A stretch of DNA of 63,359 nucleotides, filler included, from Rhabdomonas costata (lineage: Eukaryota), in assembly GCA_019059605.1 (NCBI GenBank). It is 49 parts of 49 records of this genome, joined end to end, with 100 filler letters (N's around TTAATTAATTAA, not from the genome) between each part and the next. Parts side by side here need not be neighbours in the genome. Positions count along the whole stretch, not along the records: positions 20,724 to 21,919 come from JAHMHO010024066.1; positions 22,020 to 23,215 come from JAHMHO010024067.1; positions 23,316 to 24,511 come from JAHMHO010024068.1; positions 24,612 to 25,807 come from JAHMHO010024069.1; positions 25,908 to 27,102 come from JAHMHO010024070.1; positions 27,203 to 28,397 come from JAHMHO010024071.1; positions 28,498 to 29,692 come from JAHMHO010024072.1; positions 29,793 to 30,988 come from JAHMHO010024073.1; 41 more parts are not named here. The stretch is one strand, 5' to 3'. Position numbers and translations under genes: made by a program. Numbering within the stretch: position 1 is the stretch's first letter; every line of letters starts with the position of its first letter. This document shows, piece after piece, positions 20,909 to 33,678 of this stretch. The notes under the pieces were generated by a model that saw only the letters and a list, made by a program, of their open reading frames with translations, was not told the origin of the DNA and searched no databases.

Positions 20909-23900
20909 TTTTGAGCACACCGCAGTTGCAAGAAGCGGAGGCTGGTGAGTTGGTGGGGCTCAACCCTGGATTCTTGCAGAGAACCTGTCACGCGGCACGA
21001 GAAAGCTCGAGGTTACCAGAGAAAACGATGGAACGGGTGTTGGGGAAACGCAGAGCAGTTGGGGGCGTCCTCGCCACCAGTCACCAGGGAGACACCCGGC
21101 GGGAGCCCCAAAGCGCAAAGAACGACCAACGGGGAAAATAACAAGAACAAAGGGCTCGGCAGATTCACAGGCTGCGGAAGGAGGAAATCGTGGGGAACGC
21201 GGGCGCAGTATTCTATCAAACATCGAGACTCCCGGCAAGTACGGGAGGTTCCCATTGTAGCCTCGGCCGGAGCAGCACCTCTCTCTCTTCTGGCACCGGC
21301 TCATACCCGGTGACAAAAAACAAAAGGCCAGGAGGGGAGTCACCAATCGTCAATGATGGGCCTACGATGCTGTTGATCAGAGTCTTGGGATTGTGTTTGT
21401 TTGTGTAGAAACAAATGTACATATCTTTTTTCGTGACTAAGGCTTGCGGGGCGCGCCGTCCCGATGTACTATTGGCACCCCGTTTGTGCGCGCATGCCCT
21501 GTTCCGATTTCCGTGATAAAAAATCCATCAAATGAGCTCCTTCCGGATTATCACAACTTAATGCTTCAGAACGAGCCCTCGACACCACAGCTTTGCAGAC
21601 GAGACGAGCTGCTAGATTATTGGAAACGTCGCAGAAAGTTAGCCCAAATGCAAAATAAGCAACGCCCGGAGTTCAGCACAAGGCTTCTTTCCCGTGGCGG
21701 ATGTTTTCAGCACAGACCACAACCAAGCCTGCAGATCTGAGCAGTGTACGGCAAAAAACTGTCTGCGGGGTGCGGGAGGGATGGGCAGTGGGACAAAGGT
21801 TGGATCGAGAGATGAATTTCCTCTCAGAACATGGGCTGCAGTATCCTCTCCGAAGCTGAAGTCGTAAAACGCAGAAGCCGAGAGCACACAAAAAGAAACA
21901 CAAGCACGCACCGACATCTNNNNNNNNNNNNNNNNNNNNNNNNNNNNNNNNNNNNNNNNNNNNTTAATTAATTAANNNNNNNNNNNNNNNNNNNNNNNNN
22001 NNNNNNNNNNNNNNNNNNNGGTTTTATGAAGAAGTGGGTTGGTGGCAATAACTAAATCCGCGATACTAGGGTCAAGGACAAGAAATGTGGCAAGCCTTGG
22101 TGAGGTCACCTTTCTTCCTTTCATGTTGTTATGCGTCAACATTGATTTGTGAAGTGGTTTCGACGATTCAAACTGAACTAAAATTGCCGTGGGCGAATGG
22201 CCGCCTTTTTCATATTTTTTCTGTGCAGTCGAACCGCTTCGTGTAAAATCCAAAATTGCTCTCTTCATTATGCCCAGATGCAAAAGACGAAACCTCGGTG
22301 CCTATAATCCGCTTATTCAGCCCTCGATGCAGCGCAAGTGCACTAATAGGTCCAATGAGACAGTTTGAGCATAAGACGTTGTAAGGTGTTTCCCTGTTTT
22401 TTTGAACCCCAAAACACCGGATAAGGTCACACTTTTTTTTTCACATTTCTCGACCACTTTGTCATTCGGAGAACGTGCGGAAACGTCGTTGAAAGGCTTT
22501 TACAGCCAAGCTTCGGGGACTTATTTAGGGTGCATTCTGGGAGAAAAACCACTTAATAGGTGTCGAAACTCCTTCTATATTCATGCGCGACGGAATTGAA
22601 ATTGACTCCAGTGCTCGGATCGGAGCCTAAACTCGGCCTGTAACTACCGATTCAAAAGCCCCTGAGAACCTTAGGATGCCACGTTGAGAGATGGGTCATA
22701 ACTCGACGCGAAAACATTTCTGGAAAAGCCAAAATTGCCCATCTCTTGATCCTGAATCAGGGAAGAACACACTTCCGTGGGAGGGGGGGGGCAATTCTTT
22801 TGAACTTGTGAAGCAAGCCAGGACAACCAAAACAGCCCCAAGCAGGGCTTTGGGAGCCATATTTTCGGCGTTTTTGGATTTAAAATTGAAATGCCAAGGC
22901 TTCGGAGGTCCTTATTCCATTGCTCCGGCCTAAAACAGGAGGGTGGACCACCTTTTTCGAGCAGGTCTCCAACTCTGTCAACATGCGGTCTTTTGCCAAG
23001 TGTAAATTTCGGCATATTTTGCAGCTGTATGCTGGTCTTTGTGTGTGTGGGGGTGCTTCCACAATCCATTCCATAGGGCATAGAATGAGGTAGTCGAGGA
23101 CAAAACGTCACAAAGGAGATGCCAAACCAGTTCTTTTTGCATTCCGGAACAAAATAAATCAAAACCGGACGGTCGAAAATTTTGGCCCTGCTGTGGACCC
23201 GCATGACCCTGAACCNNNNNNNNNNNNNNNNNNNNNNNNNNNNNNNNNNNNNNNNNNNNTTAATTAATTAANNNNNNNNNNNNNNNNNNNNNNNNNNNNN
23301 NNNNNNNNNNNNNNNGGGTGGTGTGGGGCGACCCTATCGTCAGCCCTGAGTCCAGCGGTTGGTGCTCACAGGTAATGATGACTGCAGGAAAAGTGCCCAC
23401 TGGTACCACTGGGAAGTTGCACCGATAGACAATGAACTCCGCAGAAAGGCATCCGTAGATACCAGCCACACCCTGCAGAGTGTCCCCGGAGAGAGGCAGC
23501 CGAAGGGTGCCCGTGTAAGAAGGTACCCGACTTTAAGATGGGACCACTTGAACCTGCCGGAAGGAGGGCCATCAATCTGGAAAAGGTGTTCAATTCTCAT
23601 CGTGCGTTGAAAAGGTGGGGAGGAGGAAGATGAGGAGAGAAATGGACACCGCCCTTTGGGAATCGGGTCAAGCGGGACCTGGCAGGTCCTCCCTAAAAGT
23701 GGGAGCACTGAAACATTAATTTAACATTAATTTATGATTGCACTCAGAAAAGAGATTCTTTCAAGGATGCCGGGTTACACGTTTTGTGTGGAAGAAAACT
23801 CGACCCTGGTTCCTCGCTTCTCTTTCTGTTCTCACTTCCAGCCGTTTTCTATTTTTTCATCTAACTGAAGTATGAAAAGATGGAGCGGCGGAGAAAGGTG

Positions 23901-23972
23901 TGGAGCGCTTTGGTTTAAGAACACTCAGGATTTCCATTTCTCATTTGTAAATGTTTTTTTTGCGTTTTGCAG

Positions 23973-24505
23973 AGCCGAGGTTATGAAACGTGCCGAATCC
24001 TGGCAGAAGAACTGGACTGGTTTGAAGAGAAAAAACCTTCAGCATGCCAATATATTCCCTCCGCGATGCTCATCAAACAAAGGTTTTCCTTTGTCAATCT
24101 TTGATAACCCGAAACTACACCCCTCGGCGCTTCAAGTTCATCACTTCCTCCAAGGCTGACATTTTCTCAAGTGGTGGAAATTAATCGTTTTGCATCTGCA
24201 ATTTGCTTTTCAGGTGATCAACACCGAAAGGTTGGACCTAACCACATCTCCTTGGATATTAGACGGCTGATTTATCCTTATCCGGAAACTGATTCGCCAA
24301 AAGATTACCACGAACTCCGACCCGCCAGTGCAGGATGTTGCCCCAGCACAGCGCCAGCGCGTCCAAACGCTTTACAACCGACTGCCCATCGTCGGGCGAG
24401 CGTCCCAAAGCCCATGCCTTCGTCCCCGCGGCTTCCCTCGTGGTCACCCCCGTCCTTTTTCGCTTCACGGCCGTCCTCTGGTACCCAGCATACTGAATTC
24501 CCAAC
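23973..24505 (+). CDS. Probable exons (23973-24019, 24214 onward) of unknown Pro/Ser-rich protein
   Basis: Phase-compatible GT-AG intron with pyrimidine tracts; open to contig end. Confidence 0.35.
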
Positions 24506-24621
24506 ACCCACNNNNNNNNNNNNNNNNNNNNNNNNNNNNNNNNNNNNNNNNNNNNTTAATTAATTAANNNNNNNNNNNNNNNNNNNNNNNNNNNNNNNNN
24601 NNNNNNNNNNNTTGTGGTAGT

Positions 24622-24818
24622 CACGACCAGCAAGAAACCCCTTTTACGGTCCCCCTGTAGCCTCAGCCCTCCATGGCATCGAGGTCACGAGATGGCATGG
24701 AGGGATGAGAGGTGAGCTAGCGACCCGTGTAGCGGGGAGCGAAGCGAACCATCACTCATAGGGAGGAATGATGCGAGCGTAGCGAGCATCATGACGACCA
24801 GCAAAGAACCCTTTTACC
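24622..24818 (+). repeat. Hairpin-rich module A flanked by ~25-bp direct repeats
   Basis: ACGACCAGCAAGAAACCCCTTTTAC (~24623) and ACGACCAGCAAAGAACCCTTTTAC (~24794); internal hairpins at 24662-24709 and 24768-24792; related to 58373-58493 on the minus strand. Confidence 0.75.
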
Positions 24819-25399
24819 TTTGGCGAAGCGAGGCGGTGAGGCAGAAGACCACCCCCGACGAATTAGTCCCAGCGGCGGAGTCCGCAGGAAAAGTGTGAAG
24901 CGCAGGTGCGCGAGCAAGTGAGGTTGCTAAGGGGAAGGCGGTTTAGTCCCCTTCCGAGTGTATCGGGTCGAAGCGAAGGAGGTCAAGTCCCATTAGAGGT
25001 GAGGCAAGGTACGAGAAGCGAAGCGGGCAAGTCGGTCGGGGACTTTGACGAATTAAGACGGGTTGCGGAGCGAAGGTGGTTAAGTCCCCTTCAGATGAGT
25101 TTGAGAAACAACCGAGAGGGTGTGAAGGAGTAGCAGGTTGCGACAGAGAGTCGTCGACCAAGAGTCCACAGGCTTGGGCATCTGCGAGTAGTGGTTGCGG
25201 CCAGGCTCTACCCGGCCCTTGGCGAAAGCGAGGCTAACCCGGGGGAAAGAAAGTCTCCTCACCTAGGTGAGTTGACAGCGCTCACAAAGCGAAAGATTTG
25301 TCGGGAGGGACCACGGAGGGGAGCGTATCGAGTGGGCTACGCGGGGAAACCGCAAGAGCCACGTAATTGGTCCTCGCCCGCTGTGCCGTCTGACACGTG
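24819..25399 (+). repeat. Dispersed structured repeat (module B), most complete copy (about 580 bp)
   Basis: Matches 752-1197, 1-55 and the reverse complement of 40683-40803. Confidence 0.9.
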
Positions 25400-26507
25400 C
25401 CAGCTCGCTTATCTTAATGTTTCACAGGTATGTGTGCAAACAATACATTATATAATAGTTAGCTCGAAGGCCGCGCGTCACCGTTCAATTTTCGCACAAC
25501 AATTCAACCATTAACCATTTCACCTAATTTGTTCCACGCGTTTAATGCCCTTAATTTGTAATTGTAAGAAACGCGGCCCTATCAGAAAGTGCGGGGAAGT
25601 GGAAAATGAGCTTCGCAGGAATGCTGTTAATTGGAAGTTTCTGGGCGGCTTTACATAAGCTCCGAAATGGCCTACGGAAACCCGTTGAACGACACCACTC
25701 CACGGAGGTTTTACGGATGGTGGCGTACCCGGATGAAAGCATACCACAACACTGAAGAGATTTCAATACATACACGTTGGCAACTAATTAGAAGGCAAAA
25801 ATATAACNNNNNNNNNNNNNNNNNNNNNNNNNNNNNNNNNNNNNNNNNNNNTTAATTAATTAANNNNNNNNNNNNNNNNNNNNNNNNNNNNNNNNNNNNN
25901 NNNNNNNGTTTTTGTGTCTGCGCATCGGTCCTTTTTACCTTCTGCCCTTGAAGGGTGTTGTTTGGTTGGGTTGGTTTGGACTGGGCTCAGGTGGGTTGAG
26001 TTCGAATGGTATGCTTCATCCTCCCTCCTGAGCACGAGACAGGTCCAGATCGTGGTTGCCTGGGATTTGGTGAATAGGCCCCCTCTGAGGGTGCGCTGGT
26101 CCTCACGTTCAAAATATTGGTCTTGCAGGGGTTTAAACGTGCTAACTTTCCAAACCTCATCCCCCCCTCCACCTCACCTTATTCCTTGGACATGTGTCAT
26201 TTTGGGCCAAAAAGATGTCAGGCTGGCATTGCCGTTGCAACCTTGACAGTTCCTTTCTGCTGAGGTGGAACCCCCTCTCAACTTCCTTGGCTTATGCAGC
26301 GTTTTTCCAATGCATCCTTCCCCACCAAGAGAGTTAGGGGACCTTGTGTTCCTCCGACTTCCTCCGACTCTGGTGAAGTTTTGAAGTTGGAAACTGGAGG
26401 ATAGCTCCACCCATCTTCCAATCCTTTTTCCACTTTCTTTGATTGATTAATAACCAATCAAGGAGCGGAAAGGCCTCTTTTGCGCCATTCATTTTTCTAC
26501 CCCGCAG

Positions 26508-26559
26508 GTACAGTATCCCATGGGTGGCCCGGGCTATCCAGGAATGCCCATGTACCCAG
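26508..26559 (+). CDS. Short Pro/Gly/Tyr/Met-rich exon
   Basis: CCCGCAG|VQYPMGGPGYPGMPMYP|GT. Confidence 0.35.
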
Positions 26560-27506
26560 GTTTGTTTTGTGTTTCAATCTTTTCCGTTCTGTTTGCGATA
26601 CGGATTAATGTGTGTAGGAGTGTGTTTCCCCTGGTGCGGTTAGAATCCACCTCACCAAGTGCATCCTTTATGAGAAGACCACCCCATAAGGTCAGCCTTC
26701 AAGATGCCTTTCAGCCCCATACAGTAATGTGGCCAGCAAAAAGAAAACCGTATGCAAGGCGACTGTGCAGTTGCCTCTCTCACGACAGGCCCTGCGACCT
26801 ACGCGATCTTGCCCAACAACGCGGTGCCGATTATAGCAGCCCCGACAGTGGCATATCCTTCCTCGGACAGGTGCTGTCTTCCCCAATTCTCCCATTTCGA
26901 TTCTGATCTCGATCCTAAGCGCTGCACCTAACATTGGACGAAGGCCCAGTGCGCTGCGCGTACGCGTCCTCTTGTTTTAGTCTCAGTGCATGAATCCGTT
27001 CTGGTAGCCTAATGGAGCTTTGCCAGCTTGAAAGTGCAGATCTTTGGGATGTACTCCGGTACTTCTGGTTCAAGATGTGGTGCTCGTTGTTGAACAAACA
27101 CANNNNNNNNNNNNNNNNNNNNNNNNNNNNNNNNNNNNNNNNNNNNTTAATTAATTAANNNNNNNNNNNNNNNNNNNNNNNNNNNNNNNNNNNNNNNNNN
27201 NNTGTTTTTGTGGGCAGAGGGGACTGGATGTTCCCGCAGACCCACTTTGTCAATGATGGTTTTCCTCCACGAGTACAATCAGGTGACGTTAGCAAGACGC
27301 ACACCAAACTCAATAGCAAACTAATACTGCCCAGACCAGCCACAAAATCATCCGGAAAGTATTCTGGACTGGATTTTGGACTTTGGCCTCCAGTAGGGCC
27401 GCTCGGTTATCAACACCTCCTGTACCGTGGGTGAAAACCATCATTGACAAAGTGGGTCTGCGGGAACATCCAGTCCCCTCTGCCCTCAAAAATTCTCCCC
27501 TCATAC

Positions 27507-27617
27507 CGATGCAGCAGTCTTCCACCGTGCAGGACTTTCCCGCGCACACCGTGCTATTGCTTTTCACGGCGAATCCCGCGGGGCAGTGGAGGGAACTGGC
27601 GCCACACGTCGGGTTAG
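27507..27617 (-). CDS. Symmetric (phase 1-1) 111-nt exon encoding a six-cysteine extracellular-type module
   Basis: NPTCGASSLHCPAGFAVKSNSTVCAGKSCTVEDCCI bounded by TCAG and GTATGAG. Confidence 0.65.
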
Positions 27618-29361
27618 CTGACACACGCACACACCAAGCACGCACCCACACCACACACGCACACGCAGGATAAAAAACAGCTGTTGGAATATTCGGGTGC
27701 TGCCGATGTGACATGAAATACTATGTATATCAGGTCAGCATTGCACACAGGTCCGAAAAATAGGCCTGTGGGGCAGCTGTCAGCACAAACATTCAGGTAC
27801 ACCCCTTCCAAACATGAAGTCCTCCTCGTCCGCTCCGCCGTTAGATATGCTGCGCGGGGCCTTGAAAATGAACAGGTCCAAAATGGACCTTCAAGATGCC
27901 GAATCTGTTTACAGACTCGCAGCGAGAGGCTGAGAAGGCACGAGTACTCGCAACTTGCCAAGTATGGGCACCACCCCGTCAGTCTCGGTAAGTTATGATC
28001 CCGTGCCAGACGGCCCTGGCTTCCACCGCGGTCCCAGGGGCTTACGTGTTGCAAGTCTGCAAGCGAATGGGATGAATATTTGAGCCGAAGTGGAGTGGAC
28101 CTGCCACCAACCGCCATTTCGGGGGGGGGGGACCCTGCCGACTGGTACACAGGTCCGGAGGCCCGCCCAGAATGATCGATGGGTACTGCTGAAAGACCTC
28201 TTATTCATGTAGGCATACACACATACACAGGCACAAACAACACCCACTCTCCAAAAGTTTGGACAGGGCAAATCTGGATAAGAGGCCGACGGGGCGCCGA
28301 CGGGGAGACGGCCCCGTAGAATCGCCACTGCCTGCCAACCTCCTCCCACCTTGGCTTTTTCAATGTTCTCCAAGGGATCGTGGACAGCAAAAAAAACNNN
28401 NNNNNNNNNNNNNNNNNNNNNNNNNNNNNNNNNNNNNNNNNTTAATTAATTAANNNNNNNNNNNNNNNNNNNNNNNNNNNNNNNNNNNNNNNNNNNNTAC
28501 GAATATTGCAGCTGCTCTTCTCAGGGCCGCAGAATTTGGTTTTGTGTTTAGAGAATGTTCACATCAAATTCTCAGGATGGGGCAATGCACTAATGCCACA
28601 GGACGTCGTTTCCCATTCTCCCGGTGTCTAGCTTTCCCATTCCCTCTCCTTTCCCTTGTGCGCGCGGAGAAATAACGGGGAACGACGTCCAGCATCCCCT
28701 CCCCCAAACTTGAGAGCGAAACAAAAGCAGGCAGAGGTGGAGCAAAACCCAAGGGGTGAGGGAATTCAGCATTCGGCGGGCACCGCAGAAAACGGAACTC
28801 AGGAGGTAGGGGCGTTCACCAATCACCTCCCTTGCTCTCACTGTCGTCGTCGTTGGCTGTTTTGTGGTTGCAAGGGTGGCTTGGAAAGTAATGTGTGTGA
28901 GTGGGGGGGGGGTACCCGGGACTGAATCCGGTGACTGGAAACTGATCATTCAGCACACTTTGGGACCCCAACTTACCCAACTTACCCGACACCCTCACCA
29001 TCTGCTCCCATCATCCCCCTCCCCTTTTTTCTTCATCCGCGCTTCCGTGCCAATTCGCGCTTTGTGGCCATGGGAGGTGTTTGCTGCCGAACCACGCGCA
29101 TATGCGGCTTTTCGCATACGCATGTTTCCTCTTGATCAGATTCTCCTACGTTCATCCAATATCACTGCAATCACACGTCCCTTTAAAGTGGGCCACGTCA
29201 TCAACCACTTCTGGCACAGGGCCGATTCCCCTCTCGAAGTTCTTTCCTGAGTCATCGTTTACCATGTGGTCATGGAAGAACAAAACGTTTGTGTAATTGA
29301 AAGAACTGTACATGAGTACGGGGCCACTTCCTTTTTCTGTGGTGGTTGCTCTTTCGTCACC

Positions 29362-29467
29362 CGAAACAAAGAGCAAAAGGGGACGTCTTCAGTTCAAACA
29401 AACATGCACATGACAACATTGTAGCAAAGCGGGGCCACTTCGCCTGTTGCTCACTGTTGCAGCGGAT
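29362..29467 (+). repeat. Dispersed repeat related to 62526-62677 (opposite strand)
   Basis: Shared CGAAACAA..GAGCAAAAGGGGACGTCNTCAGT and downstream TTGCAGCGGAT. Confidence 0.55.
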
Positions 29468-31760
29468 CGGCAGAGAAGTGGCTGTTTTCGCTGGCGTCTC
29501 CCTCACACGCATAACTCACAGGTGGTACAGGGCATTCCCGCGAACTTTGCGGAACTCCCTTCTCAACCCATGCCGGCGACCACAAATGTCCCTGCCACCA
29601 GTGCCGTCACTGGATCGGTGCTTTAGGTGCATGCATGGGTTAAGCTCCTTTTTAAGCGAAAAGAAGCCCGTTTTCCCAGCAGACCACAACAANNNNNNNN
29701 NNNNNNNNNNNNNNNNNNNNNNNNNNNNNNNNNNNNTTAATTAATTAANNNNNNNNNNNNNNNNNNNNNNNNNNNNNNNNNNNNNNNNNNNNCGATGCTT
29801 CAACCAAAAAGATTTCGACCTAACGGCAGTCATCGTGCGTTGCGAGACTGCTACTTCTGATTCAACTTCGACTGACCTGCGTTACGCTGTTGTGGAACAC
29901 CCGTTCAACCGCGACACAGAGTCACTGTCACGTGAGATGCGGACAGTGCAACTGTCAAGAGATCCAAATTTGCTGTCAAGTGCGCTGACGACAGACCCCA
30001 CGACCAATGTGCCAGGCGCAGTCGTGTGATCAAAGCCTGGAAGCCATCCGAAGCCACCGTCATGTGCGATGCAGTCTATGCCTCTGATTGTCGATGCTAC
30101 GCCGCTTCCGCGTGTTTCGCGTACAGCGAAGTAGCACAAAAAGCCGGAGCTGACGGATCGTGTGTTGCTACTCGCCAGTGAATGGTAGCAGTGAGTAAGT
30201 AGGAGTGAAAACTGGGATGTGCACGAGTCACACGGACATAAGATAAGCGTGATGGAGAAAGGTTTTTATCATTTAACGCTGGCAGTTCGACCAGGAATGC
30301 TAACACTACCGGATTATTATTCTTTTTCCCAACCCCTGTTTTTGCAACAACTACCAGTTATCTACCAAAAGAACTAACGCTTACAGCTTTGTTTACTAAG
30401 AGGGTGGTCCCAGAAGTTGAAGTTTCCATTGAAAAATGATCAGACCCACAGACTCCTAGGCAACTACTGTTTCTACCGCTTAACACATGGAAAAAACATG
30501 CCGGACATATTGGATTCAGAAGCTTTAGATGTCCTAATGATCGAATCCCTAGTCACTGAACTGCAGCTCCAGCGCAAGCTTCTGAAGCATTTGTTGTCAG
30601 TCAGAGTGGCTAACGTACCCATCTTGGAGGTCGCACATTTGTCAGTTTGTCAATTTGGAGATGACACCAAGGGCATTACTTCTCAACCTGGAATGTCGCC
30701 GCAGTGTCCGACGATCAGAGTATATATCAAATACCCCCACCAAAAGTAGAACAACCAACTGGACAGGAAATCTTCGAATATAACAGTGGACCAGACTCCA
30801 AATCCTCCGACTCAGCAGCAAGTGATCCTGCGCCGTCTGCCATGGAGCAATTCCATCTACTTGTGGAGCATTCATCTCAAGTGAGTGAGCATTCACCTCC
30901 AGTTTAGAAGCGTTACGCTACTTCAACCGCATTATATTGCGCATCAAGTGACAACACTTCAGCTCATTTTGTTTCTAATTATTCACCANNNNNNNNNNNN
31001 NNNNNNNNNNNNNNNNNNNNNNNNNNNNNNNNTTAATTAATTAANNNNNNNNNNNNNNNNNNNNNNNNNNNNNNNNNNNNNNNNNNNNGTTGGGTTGGAG
31101 GGACGCCGCAGTGAGAGAGAGTTTTGTGGGGTGAAGGATGCTTCAAGAGAGAAATAGGGAGCAACGGGAGAGAGGGAAGGAGGTGTGGCGCGCCACTCCT
31201 CTGGAAGTGTGTATTGGCATGCATGCGCAAGAGAGGGGCGAAGGCAACGCACCGCTGAGAAACGAACAAGGCGCAAGACGGAAAAGTAGTCAAGCGGCCG
31301 CTTCGGTGGGTGACACGACGACACGACGATGTCAAACCAAAGGCGCGTGCGACTGGAATCTCGGGTCTGGAAGAGGTAAAAGATGGCGGAGCAGGGATTG
31401 TCAGACCGGCAGCAGGGAAGCAGAGCCTGGCAATCTCGAAGGTGTGTTTATTGAGTGTCGGCATCCCGCTGAAAGCGAACGGCGCCGTGGTAACCGGGGG
31501 ATGACGCGCCTTGCGGGCACGTTGCCCGGGCTACGGAGCGGAAGGAAAACATCATGTAGGCAACCCGGTCCCGCCCAATAAACACACGCCTTGCGCGGTC
31601 CGCGTGCCAGACTGGGTTCGCCCGGGCTTGCATCGTGTGCCCCCGTGACGGTAACAGAGCGCAAACGGCTGGAAGGTATTGAGGGGAGGTGGGTGTAATG
31701 TTCGTTTTGCGTTCGCGCCCCAAATCAGGCTGCACATTGCGGCGGCAAACCTTGGGAGTC

Positions 31761-32249
31761 CTACAGTACTTTTTCATCGACGTCGAGCTCAATTAAGCAC
31801 TTAAGATCGATGAAAAGACGTCGCTTCCCACTCCTAACGGGATATTGTTTGCTGCACCCTTCCAGCCATCCAGCCAGTCTAACTGCCGAAAAGATCCACA
31901 GAAATCCCACCACTATGCTCCAAATACCAGAAAATGGCCGCCTTGAAGTAAATAAGCCAAATAAGCGGAACATGCAAAACGTGCCGCTACGTCACCCTCC
32001 AAAAGCAGACAAGACGGCACCACTCACACATCCACCGGGGGCTCCTCCACCCGCCCAACTGGAGTGAGTGGGACAGGGGTCTGTCTGCTCTGCGAGGCGG
32101 GACACTCACCCTGGTGGCACCCTCTGCTGCTTGCACTGCCGGATCAGCGCCAGCTCCACCTGCTTGATCTCCCCCACAATCACCCGCAGCGCGGGCTCCC
32201 CCTTGGACAAGTCCTGTGCCTCCACCACACCGTTGAACGGGAAGATCCT
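31761..32249 (-). CDS. Last two exons (32249-32121, 31799-31761) of unknown protein
   Basis: RIFPFNGVVEAQDLSKGEPALRVIVGEIKQVELALIRQCKQQR + CLIELDVDEKVL*, phase 0 GT-AG. Confidence 0.5.
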
Positions 32250-32964
32250 CTGAAAGTGCCCCGACGCAGAGTCCACAAACCACNNNNNNNNNNNNNNNNN
32301 NNNNNNNNNNNNNNNNNNNNNNNNNNNTTAATTAATTAANNNNNNNNNNNNNNNNNNNNNNNNNNNNNNNNNNNNNNNNNNNNGTTGTGTGGTCTCCCTT
32401 GCCCCCACGTTCTGCTGTTACCCTTTGCCTCCTGTTAATCTCACCAGCAGTCTCGGACAGCTTTCTGTTCCCGTGGACAACACACGCACCAACGGCGAGT
32501 CTGTTTTGTCTTTTCCCCTTATGCAAGTAGTGTAAGTATTGCCACAGGAAAAGGGACGGGTGAGGCCATTGCGTCCGTCTTAATTTCTATTCTCGTGGTG
32601 GCGCTACTCCACATGATGCCCAATTTTAGAGCAAAAAACAGCTTATACTGCGGAGCACACCTGGAATAGGAAATGATGTGGAGCTCTGACTGCATTCAGG
32701 ACTAACTAGACATTCCAAAATCGTGAGTACCTCATCGGACGTAATTTAGGCTGATGACGATGAATGCAGCAGGCGCATGATAGGTTGCTCGCTTTCCATG
32801 TTATATGCGAGATATGCGTCACTCAGATACCAACAAACCCACTGCACAGGTGCCGATAAGGAAGGCACGTATATATTTTTACTGTGCTTTTTCTACTGTG
32901 GAGGTTGACCTCGTTTCGTTTTCGTCTTTTTCTTTTGCTCGGAAGCAATTTTTCAAGAGGGAAA

Positions 32965-33075
32965 ATGTCTTTGTTCGATGGGTTCTCGTTTTTCCTCTAC
33001 GGGCATTTCCCTCACTCTCTGGAGAATGCCATTGAGTCCAACGGCGGCACTGTTTCCCCCACTCTCACAACAAAG
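32965..33075 (+). CDS. First exon of a BRCT-domain protein
   Basis: MSLFDGFSFFLYGHFPHSLENAIESNGGTVSPTLTTK|GT fits the BRCT start (LFxGxxFxxxG...IxxxGGxV). Confidence 0.65.
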
Positions 33076-33678
33076 GTGTGTCCGCCCTGCTCAGAAGTGG
33101 TGCCATCTACTTCCCGCGATGCTTGTCTCCGAATTATCACTGTTTAACTTGTGCTTCTTGTGTTTTTCTGTATGTTAATATTCTCCACGACCTCTAAAAG
33201 TAACAACCGAAAAAAAACTGCATTCTTAATCTGACGTTTTCGGACTATGAAGCTACAGAAGGGGGAGGGTAAAAAGACTGATTTTTTCACTGGAGTTGCT
33301 TCTTATTGCCTGTTCTTGGTGTGTCCCATTTTCAGAGATATTTTGGATGAATCAAAAAGGCACCCCTCCCCCCTTCGAATTACACTGACAAAGCCAACCC
33401 AACCCGAGCGTGTATTGTTAATTATCATAATATTCAGACGCATATTGCAGAATTTCGGAAATCATGCTGATCTCATTGTCGGAGACAATGCAACTGTTGA
33501 TCCGGTGGTCAAATCAAATCTCGCGCACGTCAGTGTTATCGAGGGAATCAACAGAAAAACACAGAAAAACGTATGGAANNNNNNNNNNNNNNNNNNNNNN
33601 NNNNNNNNNNNNNNNNNNNNNNTTAATTAATTAANNNNNNNNNNNNNNNNNNNNNNNNNNNNNNNNNNNNNNNNNNNN

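Noticed and set aside
24906-25399. Protein-coding frame in module B (REQVRLLRGRRFSP...ARLYPALGESEAN)
   Set aside because: No recognisable domain; copies differ by a stop, indels and many non-synonymous changes
25335-25399. HDV-like ribozyme (TGG-TCCTCGC-CCG) or group II intron domain V
   Set aside because: No P1 partner or J4/2 found, the loop is not conserved in the copy at 1-55, and the domain V stem pattern is not met
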